Assembly (NCBI GenBank): GCA_038087875.1
Contig: CM075988.1
Coordinates: 2,728,001 to 2,792,000, forward strand
Length of the DNA: 64,000 nt
Reading direction: 5' to 3'
Origin: Malacoraja senta
Taxonomy: Eukaryota
A program made the position numbers and the translations under genes. The notes under the pieces are model-generated. The model saw only the letters and a list, made by a program, of their open reading frames with translations. It had not been told where the DNA came from and did no database searches. Of this stretch, positions 37,801-50,070 are shown piece by piece (positions within the stretch are counted from its first letter, which is position 1; each line of letters begins with the position of its first letter).

Positions 37801-39677
37801 GAATGGATGTTGGATCGTGACAAATTTAATAATATTGTTGCACGGTTGGGGATGCCAAAGATTGACTTGTTTGCATCCAGACTTAACCACCAATTACCTA
37901 AATATGTGTCATGGGAACCTGATCCTGGGGCAGTAGCGGTGGATGTTTCTCGCTGCATTGGGGTAGAATGTTTTTAAATGCATTTCTCCATTTTTGCCTC
38001 ATTTAGTGTATACAGAAGATCAAACAGGACTCCGCTTCGGGAGTATTGGTGGTACCAAAATTGGACCTACACAATACCCTCTGGTGTTAAAAATGATCAC
38101 AAAGCCTCTTATGATTTTCCCAAACAGAATTAACCTGTTTGTGCACCCTATAACTGATGATTCACATCCTTGACATAATCATATTGGTTTGTTGGTTTGC
38201 AGATTCTAAGGAGTGCCATATCTCGGAAGAGAACTATCAGATCGTACTGTGGATGTTATTGCGGCAACCTGGAGGGATAGTACCCAGAAGCAGTACATTT
38301 CTTACATAAGGAAATGGGAGATGTTTTTGCTTAAGGCAGAAAATTACATATCACACTGCAGACATCTCAGACGTGTTAGAGTTTCTGTCAACTCTTTATT
38401 TTGATTGGCAGTTAAGCTATAGTGCTATCGATACTGCAAGGAGTGCCCTCTCTGCATATCTATGGAGGGAATCAGAACAAAATCTTGTAGGGTCACACCC
38501 TTTGGTCTGTAGATGTATGAAGGGAATTTTCAATTCTAAGCCTCCTAAACACAGGTATACAGAAATCTGGAATGTAAGAGATGTGCTAATGCTCTTTCGT
38601 CAATGGACTCCTATTGCAGCGCTGTCCTTGGCCGAAATTACCATGAAGGTAGTCATACTCAGGGCACTGGTTTCAGCACAGAGAGTGTAAACATTGCAGA
38701 AACTATGAATAGACATGATGGAAATAGCAGCAGATGCTATTACGTTCTATGGCTATGATTTGCTTAAACAGAGTAGACCTGGAGTCACAGGATGTAAGTT
38801 GGGGTTTTCAGCATATCCTATGGATCCACGTCTATGTGTAGTATCACATTTACGATGTTACATTAAAGCCACCAGAACCTTAAGAGGTGCAGTATCAGCA
38901 TTCTTTATCAGCCTTAAATAACTGCATAAGAAAGTGTCAGTTCAGACTAGTTCAAGATAGCTGAAGCAGGTGTTGCTTGATGCAGGTATTGATACTGACA
39001 AATTTAAATCTCATTCCACCAGGGCGCCATTAACATCGGCGGCAAAGGATTGGGATGTTCCAATAGAACATATCCTCGCGGCCGCAGGACAAAGTGAAAG
39101 GATGTTTCATAAGTATTACCATTAGGAGATTACAGTACCTGTGGTTATTTGGTGGTGCTGTTTTGGATTCAGTATTAAGTTTCCCCTTGTGATAAAGGGG
39201 TTACTATTCTGGTGATAAATTAACCATTAACTGATTGCATCCATGTTGTGGTTATGCATTGTTGATTGCTTTACTTATTTGGAGTCAATCAATGCAGTGA
39301 GATGCCAGGATTTGAATCTACGGCGTGAAATCACAGAGCTTTGAAATCTTCACATAGTCACTCACGTGACTCCGAAGTAAAATAGTAAGATTAAATGAGA
39401 ACTTACCAGTTTGAAGTTTGATCTTTATTTTATGAGGAGTTACGATGAGGGACTACATGCCCTCCGCTCCCAACCCTCATAAAGATCGAGCTGGTAGTTC
39501 TAGCCTTTACGTATCTTACTATCATACTTCAGTAATTGTTGTCTGTGATTTCACACCGCTGCTTTGAAGATTGACGCGTGTGTGGCTGGACGGGCTCTTC
39601 TTCACGTAGTCCCTCATCGTAACCTCATAAAATAAAGATCAAACTTCAAACTGGTAAGTTCTCATTTAATCTTACTA
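34817..39677 (+). mobile_element. DIRS1-type element, copy C (decayed ORFs, intact 3' ITR/ICR, short 5' truncation)
   Basis: IDLFASRLNHQL, VSAQRV remnants; ICR and ITR at about 39345-39677. Confidence 0.88.
35163..35580 (+). repeat. About 54-63-bp tandem repeats in the DIRS-C gag region
   Basis: Repeated gcgttggcctacaggagagccagcgc (RWPTGEPAP). Confidence 0.8.
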
Positions 39678-40586
39678 ATTTACTGTTGTGTCTTTTTTTT
39701 AAATGTAAATACTGGTTCTGTTCTGTTCTGTTGTTCTGTTGTTTTGCACATTCCCACAGGCATTGTAACTTTCATTTCACTGTACATCTTGTATGTACAT
39801 GTGACAAATAAAGTTGACTTGACGATAATCGGAGAAACAAAGGTCAATGACATTATTTCCACTATAGGCTGGAATGCAAAGCTTAAAATATTGATGATTC
39901 AAGACTCAGTTTGAATTCAGAGTCATACAGCATGGAAAAGGCCCTTCAGCCCAACTCATCCATGCTGTCTAAGATGCCTCATCTACCCTAACTTCACCTA
40001 GCGATGTTACAAAACTTACCTTCAGTGGGCGCGACTTTGGCGCCTTTTTGGGGGGGGCGGGATTAAAATCCAGTTTTCTACTGCCTGTCAGAGAGCGATT
40101 TCCTCGGGCTGCTAGCTGCTGAAGAATAATCGATCGGATTTCCGTTCCCGATTTTTTTTTTTTTAAATCGCGAGACAATTTAATAAATAGACTAAAATAA
40201 AAAGCGACTTCTAACGCCCTGAACGCCTACAACATGACGTATCGCAAGAATGGGGCAAAACAAAGGGTGTCATCTATTTTACATATAAACTTGCTCTTTG
40301 GGATGGATTTAATCTAATTTTACGTTGCGAAATGTGATTTGGGCCCCATACGAACCGGCAGTGTTTTTCCTGCCGATATGGAGTTCAAATTCACCCCAAA
40401 TGCAACGTTCCAATCGATCGCATTCCAGAAACACCCACTTGCAAGATGATTTAAATGCTCTTTTTTTTGGACAATCATGTCATAAGAGCATCTAAATCGT
40501 CTATATTTTGTGTTATTGTCTATCCATATTCAATATTTTTACACTAAATATCAGTTTTATTCCCATGTATTGTGCAAAAAAAAAAA

Positions 40587-43500
40587 AAGATTAAACGAGA
40601 ACTTACCAGTTTGAAGTTTGATCTTTATTTTATGAGGAGTTACGATGAGCGATTACGTGAAGAAGCCCCGCCAGTCCGCATGCGCGTCAATCTTCAAAGC
40701 AGTGGTGTGAAATCACAGATAACAGTAGTCGAAGTAACATAGTAAGACTTAGAGAAGACTAGAACTACCAGATGATCTTTATGATACGAGGGTTGTGAGC
40801 GGAGGGCTCATCGTAACTCCTCATAAAATAAAGATCAAACTTCAAACTGGTAAGTTCTCGTTTAATCTTACTATTTTACTTCGGAGTCACGTGAGTGATT
40901 CCGTGAAGATTTCAAAGCTCTGTGATTTCATGCCGTGAAATCGAGTCCACACAGCCACAACTGCCTTAATTGACAGATGAGGGAAACATTCATAATGAAT
41001 AAATAATAATAATAGTAACTCCTCTCATCCGGGAGTAAACTAAACCACTGAACCTAAAATAGAGTTGGCAAATACCCCTAGTCTGGCAATAGGTTATTAT
41101 GAAATGTTCATAAAGTTTGTTCGTTCGACCATCCTGCAGCCGCTAGGATGTAGTCCAGCGGAACATACATAACCTTTGCTGCTGATGTTGTAGCAGCCCT
41201 GGTGGAGTGAGATTTGAAAAAATATCAGTATCTACTCCTGCATGAGCCAAAACCCGTTTTAACCACCTGGAGATGGTCTGAACCAATACCTGCTTATAAA
41301 GTTTTTGTAATGAATAAACATTGCTAGTTCAGAGCCTCTAAGGCTCTTGGTGACCTTGACGTATTGTTGTATATGTGTGACCATACATAACCGAAGGTCC
41401 ATGGGGTATGCCATGAAACTAGTTTGAGACCTCACGTCTGCTATGCTTAACTAAACATTAAAATATAATATTATTTGCAGATGTAACCATCCTGTCCAGT
41501 CACAATATGTAGTGACTAAAACCGTTGCGCTGAGACCAGCGCCATGAGGATAACTACCTTATGAGAGCCGAGCCAAAGCTAAGGATGTAGCAGGAGCCCC
41601 CTGGTGAAATAGTGTTAATACTATGTCAATATCCCATACTGCCCTGTGCTTGTCCTGGGAGAACTTGTGTGAAAGATATCCTTTATAAACTCGGTATCAG
41701 AGGGTGAAACCCGACAGATTGGGTCCCGTTCGCTGCAGCATATATGATGGGAAGACACGTTGGGCACAGTTAATGGTCCTATAACTTAATTTATTGTCAA
41801 AGACCCATTTGAAATGAACTCCAAGACATCAGTTATCTGTACCGTATTAGATGTAACATTAGCATTCAAACAAAATGCTTCCCATCTCCTGAAGAGTAAA
41901 TGTAATGCTTTTCTTTTTTGGTGCTATCCCTGCACTCTGCAGTGAGCACACACATGGATCGGTCTGACAATCCGAGCCGCAGGAGCAGTCTACTCAGAAT
42001 CTATGTGAATAAATTGATTTTATCATGCAGAGGCTGGTTTCCCGAGCCACAGGCTGAACCAGCAAAGTTTTACGTTTAGAATAATCGTAAAAGGTTGTAT
42101 TATTATTCCCGACAAAAGCGGGAAGCATGGCTGTATAGGCCAGTCAGACAGAACGACAACCTAAAGCGGGATCTTGCTGACTTTATTGCAAGACCCGACT
42201 GATGAGGCAGAATGGAGGGAGACAAAAATAACTTCCTTCTCCTTGTAGCGAGAATGTATCTTTCGCCACTGTTATGCCACATATTTTTGCAACCGTAAAT
42301 GAGCCTGGAAACAAACTTATTGATATTCGGTGTTCCATCGAGCCATAATTTCATTAAATACTTTGTGATCTAATACCCATTTTGTGTTGTCATTGATAGT
42401 ACGTGATGATACTCCAACGCAAAATGAGATTAGGTAAATTATTACAGGATATTCTGACTTGATTTCACCCATGTGACTAACATATGCCACCACCATGGTG
42501 TATCAACTCAACATTGAGCATGCAGATTATGCATATTCGCACAATAACCCTTTAACCTATAGAATGCACTTAGTGTCTATAGGTAGTTGATAACAATGAC
42601 TGAATAATTGTTAACTCATGCAAATCTCCTCCACCTCCGAACTAGAGATGGCATTCATAATTTTCCACCTTAGAGCCCCATCAGTTTATAATATAACTGA
42701 AATTTTACTAACCAGACTACTGGGGCAATGCTGAATACTGTTCGTCCACCATTATGACTTTGGTAGCTTCAGCTGGTAATAGCATAAGGTCTGTCACAAA
42801 GACCTACATGGCACTTGAGAGATTACTACTTTGCACGATGTAAGCTCCCCCCACTTGCACAGCTGAATCACAGCTACTATATTGCCAATTACACTTGATG
42901 AATAGAAGGCTGCTTTATCACAACAAGATTGTTACAGGCTCCTATTAATTCCAATCTCTTACCCCAGGGCAGAGTCACAGGCTAATTAATAGTTAAAGGT
43001 AAATCCCAATTATCAACAAGTCTAGTTGGTATCACCTTTATTTTTCTTAAATATAGTTTGAAGCTGAAACAGTTGATTTTAGCAACAAACAGCGTTAGAA
43101 TATCCTCCAGTCAAGACATAACAAATGTTTTTGAGCTCTGAGCAGTCCAAGCATCGGTTTTAGTAATTTGGTAAATAACGTGGAAACTGAAGTTAACCCA
43201 TTTTGCAATGTTTTTTATCATTACCCTTATCCAGATAAATTTCAAATGTCTCCGGTGATCCCTGTAAATGGGAACATCCTATGGAAATCAGATGTGAAGT
43301 TTCCTATTCGGAAAAATTTATACTGCACATGCGAGTTAAACAACATTCTGCATCTTTCACAATGAACAGGCCACGCCAATTCCGTACCTGCTCTGGCAAC
43401 AACTCTGGCCCGATTTCCGAGCCTGTCTTGAAAACCAATCCTGGCCATAATACTGAGCCTGCCTCGAAAGACAACTCTGGCCATAACTCTGAGCCTGCCT

Positions 43501-45366
43501 CGAAAGACAATTCTGGCCCCAATTCCGTGCTTGGAACCCTAGTATTGTGCAGTTTTACATGGTTAGATGCCACAACCATTTGTGTGTTGTTAGGCCACTA
43601 GAGCCCCTTCCATCCTTATCAAGGGAATTCTACTTTCATACAACACATAAACTAAACACATGTTATCATTATCATTTGTACAAAGAAACAAGTGTAAATA
43701 TTACCAACTTGTAGATGGTCCCATATTTTTCCTGAGACCGACTTGGGTCTCGGCTTGAAGAACTCTGCCCAGCTTTTATTTTGCCACCAACTTCAGTGAA
43801 CTGCCTACTGCCAATGGAGGCGTGGGGTGTGTTGTCGCCGCAACGATGCTTTGCTCGTCGTTGGTACCTCGATTGGTCCGACAGCTTTTGCTTCCTCATC
43901 CAGGTTTTACCTGTTGAATAGGTCTTACCTGAAGAGAAGATTCGGCGGCTGGTCTTTAATGTCACCCCTGATAGCGCTGTTCATTCCTGGCACTTATAGC
44001 ATGAGGGGAACTCTGGCCCCTTCCGGGTATCCTGCCACCTTCATTTGCGAGGACCCTCTTGAATGCATACGCATGTGCTCCAGTACGTTCCACGGACATA
44101 CTTTAGAATTTGAAGTCAGTTACCCACTGACCACTCGCACTCCCCTCCACAGAGAGGGAGATTCGTAGGCAGCCCTGAACAGGTGCTGCCGCAGGCCCCT
44201 GCCTCGTGGTATGCTCTCCGGCTATACATTCCTCATGAGTCAGAAACTGACCCCGCATGCTCCCCTCCTCTGAGAGGGAGACATCAGCAGCCCTTCGACA
44301 GGTGCCGCTGCCACGGGCCCCGAGGAGACCCGCGGATATAAAGCTCCTCTTGCTGGAGCATATCGTGATGGAGCATCCTCTCCATCAGGAGCTCTTTCCA
44401 GACAGCCCTTCAACTGGTGCTGCTGCCACGGGCCCCCGAGGAGACCCGCGGATATAAAGCTCCTCTTGCTGGAGCATATCGTGATGGAGCATCCTCTCCA
44501 TCAGGAGCTCTTTCCAGACAGCCCTTCAACTGGTGCTGCTGCCACGGGCCCCCGAGGAAACCCGCGGATATAAAGCTCCACTTGCTGGAGCATATCGTGA
44601 TGGAGCATCCTCTCCATCAGGAGCTCTTTTCTGGACAGCCCTGAAACAGGTGCTGCTGCCACGGGCCCTCGAGGAGACCCGGGCTGATAGCTCCCTCCTT
44701 TGGAGCGTATCATTGTGGAGCAACCTCTCCATCAGGTGCTCCATGTGGGCCAAATATCCGAAGAAGCTACCAACTGAAGGAGGGGTACCCTCCTGGCCTG
44801 ACTCCCCGAGTCCATAGGCCTGACCGACTTATTGTTGGATTTACTTCTTTCCATGGGCACACCATCGGTTTGGGACCCGCTGACCACACTGTCAGCGACT
44901 CTGGTGGCGACACCGCTCCTGGATTTATCTCCTCCACGGGAACCACAGCGGTCTGGAGGCTGCTGACCACACTGTCAGCGACTCTGGTGGCGATACCGCT
45001 GCTGGATTCACCCCCTCCACGGGAACCACAGCGGTTACTTCGGTAGCGAAACCGACGGCCGCCGGTTACCCGCGCTTCTGCGGTGCTGACCGCCGTGTCA
45101 ATTCCCCACGGCCCATAACCGGTTTCCCGCGGCCCGTCCAGACTTCGCCCCGACATATCCAGCAGGAAACCTCTTATAACAAGAGATTCCTGCAAGAAAA
45201 ACACAACCTGGTAAAAAATACAAAACTTACCTGCAGGTTTAAACTTACCGCTGGCAGGAGCGACGCACCTGCCAGTCCGGTGCTTCGCCATGCGAACGAC
45301 GTAATGACGCGCATGCGGACTGGCGGGGCTTCTTCACGGAATCACTCACGTGACTCCGAAGTAAAA
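40587..45366 (-). mobile_element. DIRS1-type element, copy D (intact termini, heavily decayed interior)
   Basis: 5' end ttttacttcggagtcacgtgagtgattccgtgaagaagccccg; ITR/ICR 40587-40910; YR, RT and gag remnants. Confidence 0.88.
44288..44700. repeat. About 116-bp tandem repeat (3.5 units) in DIRS-D gag
   Basis: Units start at 44288, 44403, 44519, 44636. Confidence 0.9.
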
Positions 45367-45551
45367 TAATAATTTTGATTATATTGAGTGGATGATTCTA
45401 GATTAATTTATGGGAATTAAACATTAAATTCCTTCCATCTGGCATATACATTCATGACAGTGAGATTTAAAAATCATGTTATATTGTGAATTCTTTTGTG
45501 AATGGGATTAGTTTGGATACTTAGGCTATTTAAAAAATATATCCTTTTCTT

Positions 45552-45794
45552 AAGAAATGGAATCTACAGGACATTCTTAATGGGAAAGTAGTGGGCAGAA
45601 AGGCATGTCATGCGTGGTTTGAAGAGCAAAAACTTGTAGTTTACAATGCCAAAATTGAAAAGTTGAGGAAAAACAAGGTGTACAGAGTTGCTTATTGGTT
45701 GCAATCTGAGGAGTATGATGATGCTACTGGTTATGATATGCCAATGTACCAGCTGCCAACTGATCTTCTCCGTAATGACTTGGTCTATTGCTAG
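45552..45794 (+). pseudogene. C-terminal coding remnant of a transposon protein, Spin/Ssty (Tudor)-like
   Basis: VVGRKACHAWF...YRVAYW...MYQLPTDLLRNDL stop. Confidence 0.45.
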
Positions 45795-46437
45795 AAATTT
45801 TAATTTATTTACCTATCTGTTACGGACTTACAGCATATAATACAATAATATTGAAGTTCTGATCTTGGGAATATCACATTTTTGAATTTTCAAGGCACTC
45901 TGGGTGTTTATTACTATTTCCGTCACAATGGTCAATTTTGTAATTAACTACAATTAGGTAATTAACTAATTATATGCTTTAATTTCAGGTCATCCAAGAT
46001 GTTTTATATTTGTTTCAGAATACTTCAATCTATAATAACTGAAAATTTCATTCAGTTCTCTTAATTTTTAAGAAAGTTATGGGCTTTTGACTGTCCTCGA
46101 TCACAGCTTTTGTGTTAAGTCAATGGAAAAGCAATAGGGAACAAGATGCTAATTTCCGAGTATGTAAATGGCCATATATTTTTTTAATACTGAAGATATG
46201 AAAGTGAATTAGGTGTCAAATTAAACTTATTTTTATGCTTTATCTGATGGGATAAACTGCAGACTTGATTTTTTAAATCTCAGAATTTTGTAACATTGCT
46301 ACAAATGCTACACCTGCCGGCTTTTGGCCCATGTCTGTCCTAACCTGTACTATCCGTGTACCTGCCTAAATGTCTTTTAAATGTTGATATAGTACCTGCT
46401 TCAATTACCACCTCTGCAGCTTGTTCCATACACCTGC

Positions 46438-47330
46438 ACACAGCGCCTAATCCTCCAACATTTTCGCCACCTCCAAAATGATCCCACCTCTCACTCGCTA
46501 CATCTTCCCATCTCCATCCCTTTCTGCCTTCCGCAGAGATGTTCCCTCCACAACTCCCTGGTCAACTCGTCCCTTCCCACCCAAACCACCCCTTTCCCAG
46601 GTTCTTTCCCCAGCAACCACAGGAGATGCAACACCTGTCCCTACACCTCCCCCCTTGACTCCATCCAAAGACCCTGACTACCTTCAGGTGAGGCAGAGGT
46701 TCACTTGGATCAACCTCATCTACTGTATCTGCTGTTCCAGGTGTGGACTCCTATATATCAGCGAGACCAAGCGCAGGCTTATCGATCGTTTTGCTGAATA
46801 CCTTTGCTCAGTCCTGATCTACCTGATCTCCCGGTTGCTAAACACTTTAACTCCACTTCCCATTTCCATACTGACCTTTCTGTCCTGGGCCTCCTTCTCC
46901 TGTTAGAGTGAGGCCCAGTGCAAATTGGAGGGACAACACCTCATATTTTGCTTGGGCAGCCTACAACCCAGCGGAATGAATATTGATTTCTCTACCTTCG
47001 AGTAACCCTTGCTTTCCCTCTCTCTCCGTCCCCCCCCACCCCCCCCCATCCTAGTTCTCCGACTAGATTCACTGGCCTTCTGAGTGCATATTACGAATTG
47101 TATGCCTCGTTGTCACCTTCCTCTAAGCTAACAATGAACCTTTCTACAATTTTCTTGATCAACGTCCCCTTTGATCTGTCGTTCTCACACCTTACCCTTC
47201 CATATCTCTACATATCTTTCTCCCCTAACTCTCAGTCTGCAGAAGGGTCTCGAACTGAAACATCACCCATTCCTTCTCTCCAGAGATGCTGCCTATCTTG
47301 CTGAGTTACTCCAGCATTTTGTGTCTACCC
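46438..47330 (+). mobile_element. Degenerate Penelope-like 3' fragment
   Basis: QVRQRFT, NLIYCICCSRC..YISETKRRL.DRFAE; degenerate hammerhead tail. Confidence 0.8.
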
Positions 47331-48464
47331 ACCACCCTTTGTGTGGAACAGTGGAACGGGTTCCTATGAAATATTTCCTTTTATCACATTAAACTTATGT
47401 CCTCTGGATCTTGATTCCCTTACCCTGGGTAAAAGACTGCATTGACCTTACATGGGCAAAGGTGAGAGTGGGAAAGTTGAATGGAGATGTACAGAACAAG
47501 TTTCTTACACAGAGGGTGGTGGGGGCCTGGAAACCACTGCCAGGGCTGGTGGTGGGGGCAGATAAGATAGTAGCATCAAAGAGGCTTTTGGATTGGCACA
47601 TGGAAATGCCGGGAATAGAGGGATAAGAATCTAGTATAGGTAGATTACATCAGTTGAACTTGGCTTCATGTTTGGCACAAACATTTTGGGCTGAAGGGCC
47701 TGCTCCTGTGCTGTACTGTTCTCTGCTCTATGTATTCATTGGTTGAGGGGAAGCATGGAGAGGACCATTTTATTCAGCTGACAGCAGTGATGAATCGAGC
47801 AGTGACTGGAAGCCGGGCAGCGGCTGGTGATGTGGGAGGAACCTGAGACCACTGCTTCTGAAAGGTGAAGCGTCATAGACATAGTCATACAGCTGGGAAA
47901 CAGGCCCTTCAGCCCAACTTGCCCATGCCAACTGAATGCCCCATCTACACTAGTCCCATCTGCCCGCGTTTGGCCCATATCCCCCCAAACCTGTCCTATC
48001 CATGTACCTGCCAAAATGTATTTTATAGGTTGTTGTAATACTTGCCTCAACTGCCTCCTCTCGCACTATACTGTGTACCTCCTATAGTACCTATAGTCCT
48101 ATACTGTGTACCTATACTACCTACCGGTACTGTAACACCTGGCTCCCAACACCACAGCTGTATAACATCTGGCCCCTGGCACCACAGCTGTATAACACCC
48201 TGCTCAATGGAAACCCCTGCTTTCCCTTCTACCCAGTGCCATCACCAAGGGAGCAAGCCCTTCCTGCATTGTGCTGCCTCCTCATTGCCAGGACTTTGGA
48301 TTTCATTAACACCCATATGGTCCCATTGAGCGATATATACTGTAAATATGATTGGATTGCACAGAGCAGATATTCCTTAGCAACAGAACTTTAATTCTGT
48401 CTCAAGAAACCCAGCATCTTAATGCAATGAATTACATCCTCCCTCTCACTGTACATCCATTAGA

Positions 48465-49250
48465 GACCCTAGCAGTCCTTCCAGGTGAGACAGAGGTTCA
48501 CGTGCACCTCCTCTACCCTCATTTACTGCATCCGGTGTTCCTGATGTGACCTCCTTGGTGAAACCAAGCATAGACTGAGTGACTGTTTTGCCTCTGCCTG
48601 TAGGAGCTCTCTGTTGCTCACCATATTAACGTCCCTTCCCATTTCCACACTGCCATTTCTATCCTGGGCCTCCTCCATTGCCAGAGTGAGTGCAGACAAA
48701 CTGGAAAAACAGCACCGCATATTCCGCTTGGATAGCTTACAATGTCTGAAGAAGGGGCTTAACCCAAAACGTCACCCATTGCTTCTCTCCAGAGACGTTG
48801 CCTGTCCCGCTGAGTTGCTCCAGTATTTTGTGTCTATCTAACGGGATCTAACCAATATGAGGTAAACAAACCCTCCTCTGCTCCGCCACACCCTGCACAC
48901 CCACTTCTCCCACCACACCATGCCCCCCACCTTTGCCTTTTCCCTGGGACCCCTTCCACCTCTGTTCCTCCCTCTGGCCACTCCGCTTCTCTCCTTGTCT
49001 CACAGCCTTTTGTTTCCCATTCATCTCTTGCCTGTGTCCGCCCATCTGCAAATGAACCCTACCCCTCCCCACCCTTACCTGTACCCACCTGTCCCAGCCC
49101 CACCTCTCTTCTAGCTTTCTTCCCCCTGTTACAATCAGTCTGAAGAAGGGTCCCAACCCGAAACATCACCTGTACACAGCTCAATGAACAGAGGTCTATG
49201 TCCTGCAGAGATGCTGCCTGAACCGTTGAGTTACTCCACCACTTTGTGCG
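48465..49250 (+). mobile_element. Degenerate PLE-derived fragments with terminal-repeat tails
   Basis: ccaggtgagacagaggttcac; tails ctgaagaaggg at 48746 and 49140. Confidence 0.65.
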
Positions 49251-49682
49251 GTGCTGTTTACTGTTGACTGTGAAGCCTGTATGCCCCTCACTGTGTTAAG
49301 TGCCCACTATGCCTGAGCCACTGGCTTTGTGAGTTGAATGTGTATTTCCCATTGAGCTGACAACTCCTGCTGTGTGCACTGGTGAATCATCAGAAATTGC
49401 TCGGTGAGAGTCACAGGAACAATCTCCAGGACTGTCAGTGTGAGTGGATAATTGAATGTGTCTCTCAGCCCCACATCACTCTCACTCACTGTCAATACTC
49501 TTTACGTGACGTCAATTTGGAAATGTTAGAATGACACAGCGGTGTGCTTTGCAGAATTAATATCCATGGAAACCTTCTGTTGATTAAAGCTCTTGTGAGA
49601 TTCAATTGTCAGTGTGCTTGCATTGGAACCTCAAGAAAAAATGTCAGCAGGTTCTTCATCTAAATGGGTTCAAAATCCCAAA

Positions 49683-50007
49683 CTTTAGTTTAGTTTAGTT
49701 TACAGTAGTTTAGATTAGATACTGCACGGAAACAGGCCCTTCAGCCGACCAAGTCTGCGCCGACCAGCGACCCCTGTACACTAACCTACACACACTAGGG
49801 ACAATTTACAATTTTACCAAAGCTAATTAACCTACAAACCTATATGTCTTTGGAGTGTGTGAGTAAACCGGAGCACCCGTACAAAACCCACGGCAGGTCA
49901 TGGGGAGAATGTATGAACTTTGTACAGACAGCACCCGTAGTCAGGATCGAACCCAGGTCTTTGACGCTGTAAAGCAACAACTCTACCGCTGCACTATCCC
50001 TGCCGCA
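49683..50007 (-). mobile_element. V-SINE
   Basis: (ttagt)n tail, V-domain and B-box on the minus strand. Confidence 0.8.
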
Positions 50008-50070
50008 TCTTAATTGGTTGAAGCTAAGATTTCACCATTCCAGCACAGAAGATGACCATTTATTTAATAA

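Larger units (their letters stand above)
28790..39822 (+). mobile_element. Rex1/Babar-like LINE split by nested insertions (pieces about 28790-29376, 30956-31275, 31805-32630, 34438-34815, 39680-39822)
   Basis: [62 protein letters not shown]; 3' tail gtgacaaataaagttgacttgac. Confidence 0.82.
39999..46310 (+). mobile_element. Non-autonomous DNA transposon (TAG...CTA ends, 16-bp TIR, 4-bp TSD; possibly Academ-like) hosting DIRS copy D
   Basis: tagcgatgttacaaaa (39999-40014) vs ttttgtaacattgcta (46286-46301); cacc at 39995-39998 and 46311-46314; removing it restores a CR1 tail. Confidence 0.7.
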
